Source: a virus (taxonomy: Duplodnaviria; Caudoviricetes). From it: 26,737 nucleotides of DNA. Both the position numbers and the translations under genes were made by a program. Below the pieces are notes generated by a model. The model was not told the DNA's origin, did no database searches, and worked only from the letters and a program-made list of their open reading frames with translations. Positions 26,265 to 26,737 of the stretch are shown in pieces (position 1 is the first letter of the stretch; every line of letters begins with the position of its first letter). The DNA lies in the IMG/VR virus record IMGVR_UViG_3300016665_000732, positions 1 to 26,737 of that record; one strand, 5' to 3'.

Positions 26265-26737
26265 ATGGCTTTAGTGAGAAACATTAATGGCATTTTATGC
26301 GGGTCTACCGGTGATGTGAATGCATATCGAGGGAGATTCAATGAAATTGTCATTAACACCCAAACTAAGCAGTTTAGGCTCATGGATGGAAAGGCTCTCG
26401 GGGGACAGTCTTTCGCTGTTTCAGCGGTAGTAGATAATTTGTCCGATATCGGAGATGTGCTTTTATCAAGCCTCTCTGCAGGACAAGCCTTAGTGTGGTC
26501 TGGGACTCATTGGGTTAACTCTACCGTTACAGCCACCATCGCAGATGGGTCTATTACTGCCGCAAAACTAGCAAGCAACTCCGTTATCGAAGCTAAAATC
26601 TTAGATGGGGCAGTGACCAATGCCAAATTGGCAGGGTCTATTGCTTTATCTAAGCTTTCTTCTGCGGGGGTAAATGGGCAAGTAATTCGTCTAAACGGCG
26701 GTGTTGCCACTTATTCGGATTTTTCCTTTGCTAATCT
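26265..26737 (+). CDS. Tail fibre protein, N-terminal part (runs off window, absent from ORF track)
   Basis: Hand translation gives MALVRNINGILCGSTGD...NEIVINTQTKQFRLMDGKALGG...LSDIGDV...GQALVWSGTHWVN...IADGSITAAKLA...ILDGAVTNAKLA, with no stop before the window end. Confidence 0.85.
   Translation, partial: MALVRNINGILCGSTGDVNAYRGRFNEIVINTQTKQFRLMDGKALGGQSFAVSAVVDNLSDIGDVLLSSLSAGQALVWSGTHWVNSTVTATIADGSITAAKLASNSVIEAKILDGAVTNAKLAGSIALSKLSSAGVNGQVIRLNGGVATYSDFSFAN

Noticed and set aside
25742-26737. Diversity-generating retroelement suggested by Mtd-like N-termini
   Set aside because: I saw no reverse transcriptase and no template/variable repeat pair. The motif is a generic fibre anchor.

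Overview
This is an AT-rich, gene-dense window with Shine-Dalgarno-led genes, best read as part of a large or jumbo tailed bacteriophage genome. The left half and the far right encode mostly virion-type proteins: putative neck and head-closure proteins, a holin-like membrane protein and several tail-fibre or receptor-binding modules. An MreB/MamK-like actin ATPase sits inside the apparent morphogenesis operon. The minus-strand block at about 15.0-25.3 kb looks like early or host-takeover genes. It holds five diverged tandem paralogs of an unknown basic helical family, a ~60% Asp/Glu protein, DUF4116-like repeat proteins, two SspB-like ClpXP adaptor paralogs, an intact NAD-dependent DNA ligase and a DUF1599/Nmad1-like protein. 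Two different upstream motifs, NTA-N5-TTTAT and GCTCATA, track the two gene classes. Two genes have hairpins that occlude their SD. I saw no tRNA, rRNA, CRISPR array or transposase. All family assignments come from motif recognition by eye, not database searches, and several starts were moved from the ORF track using SD spacing.
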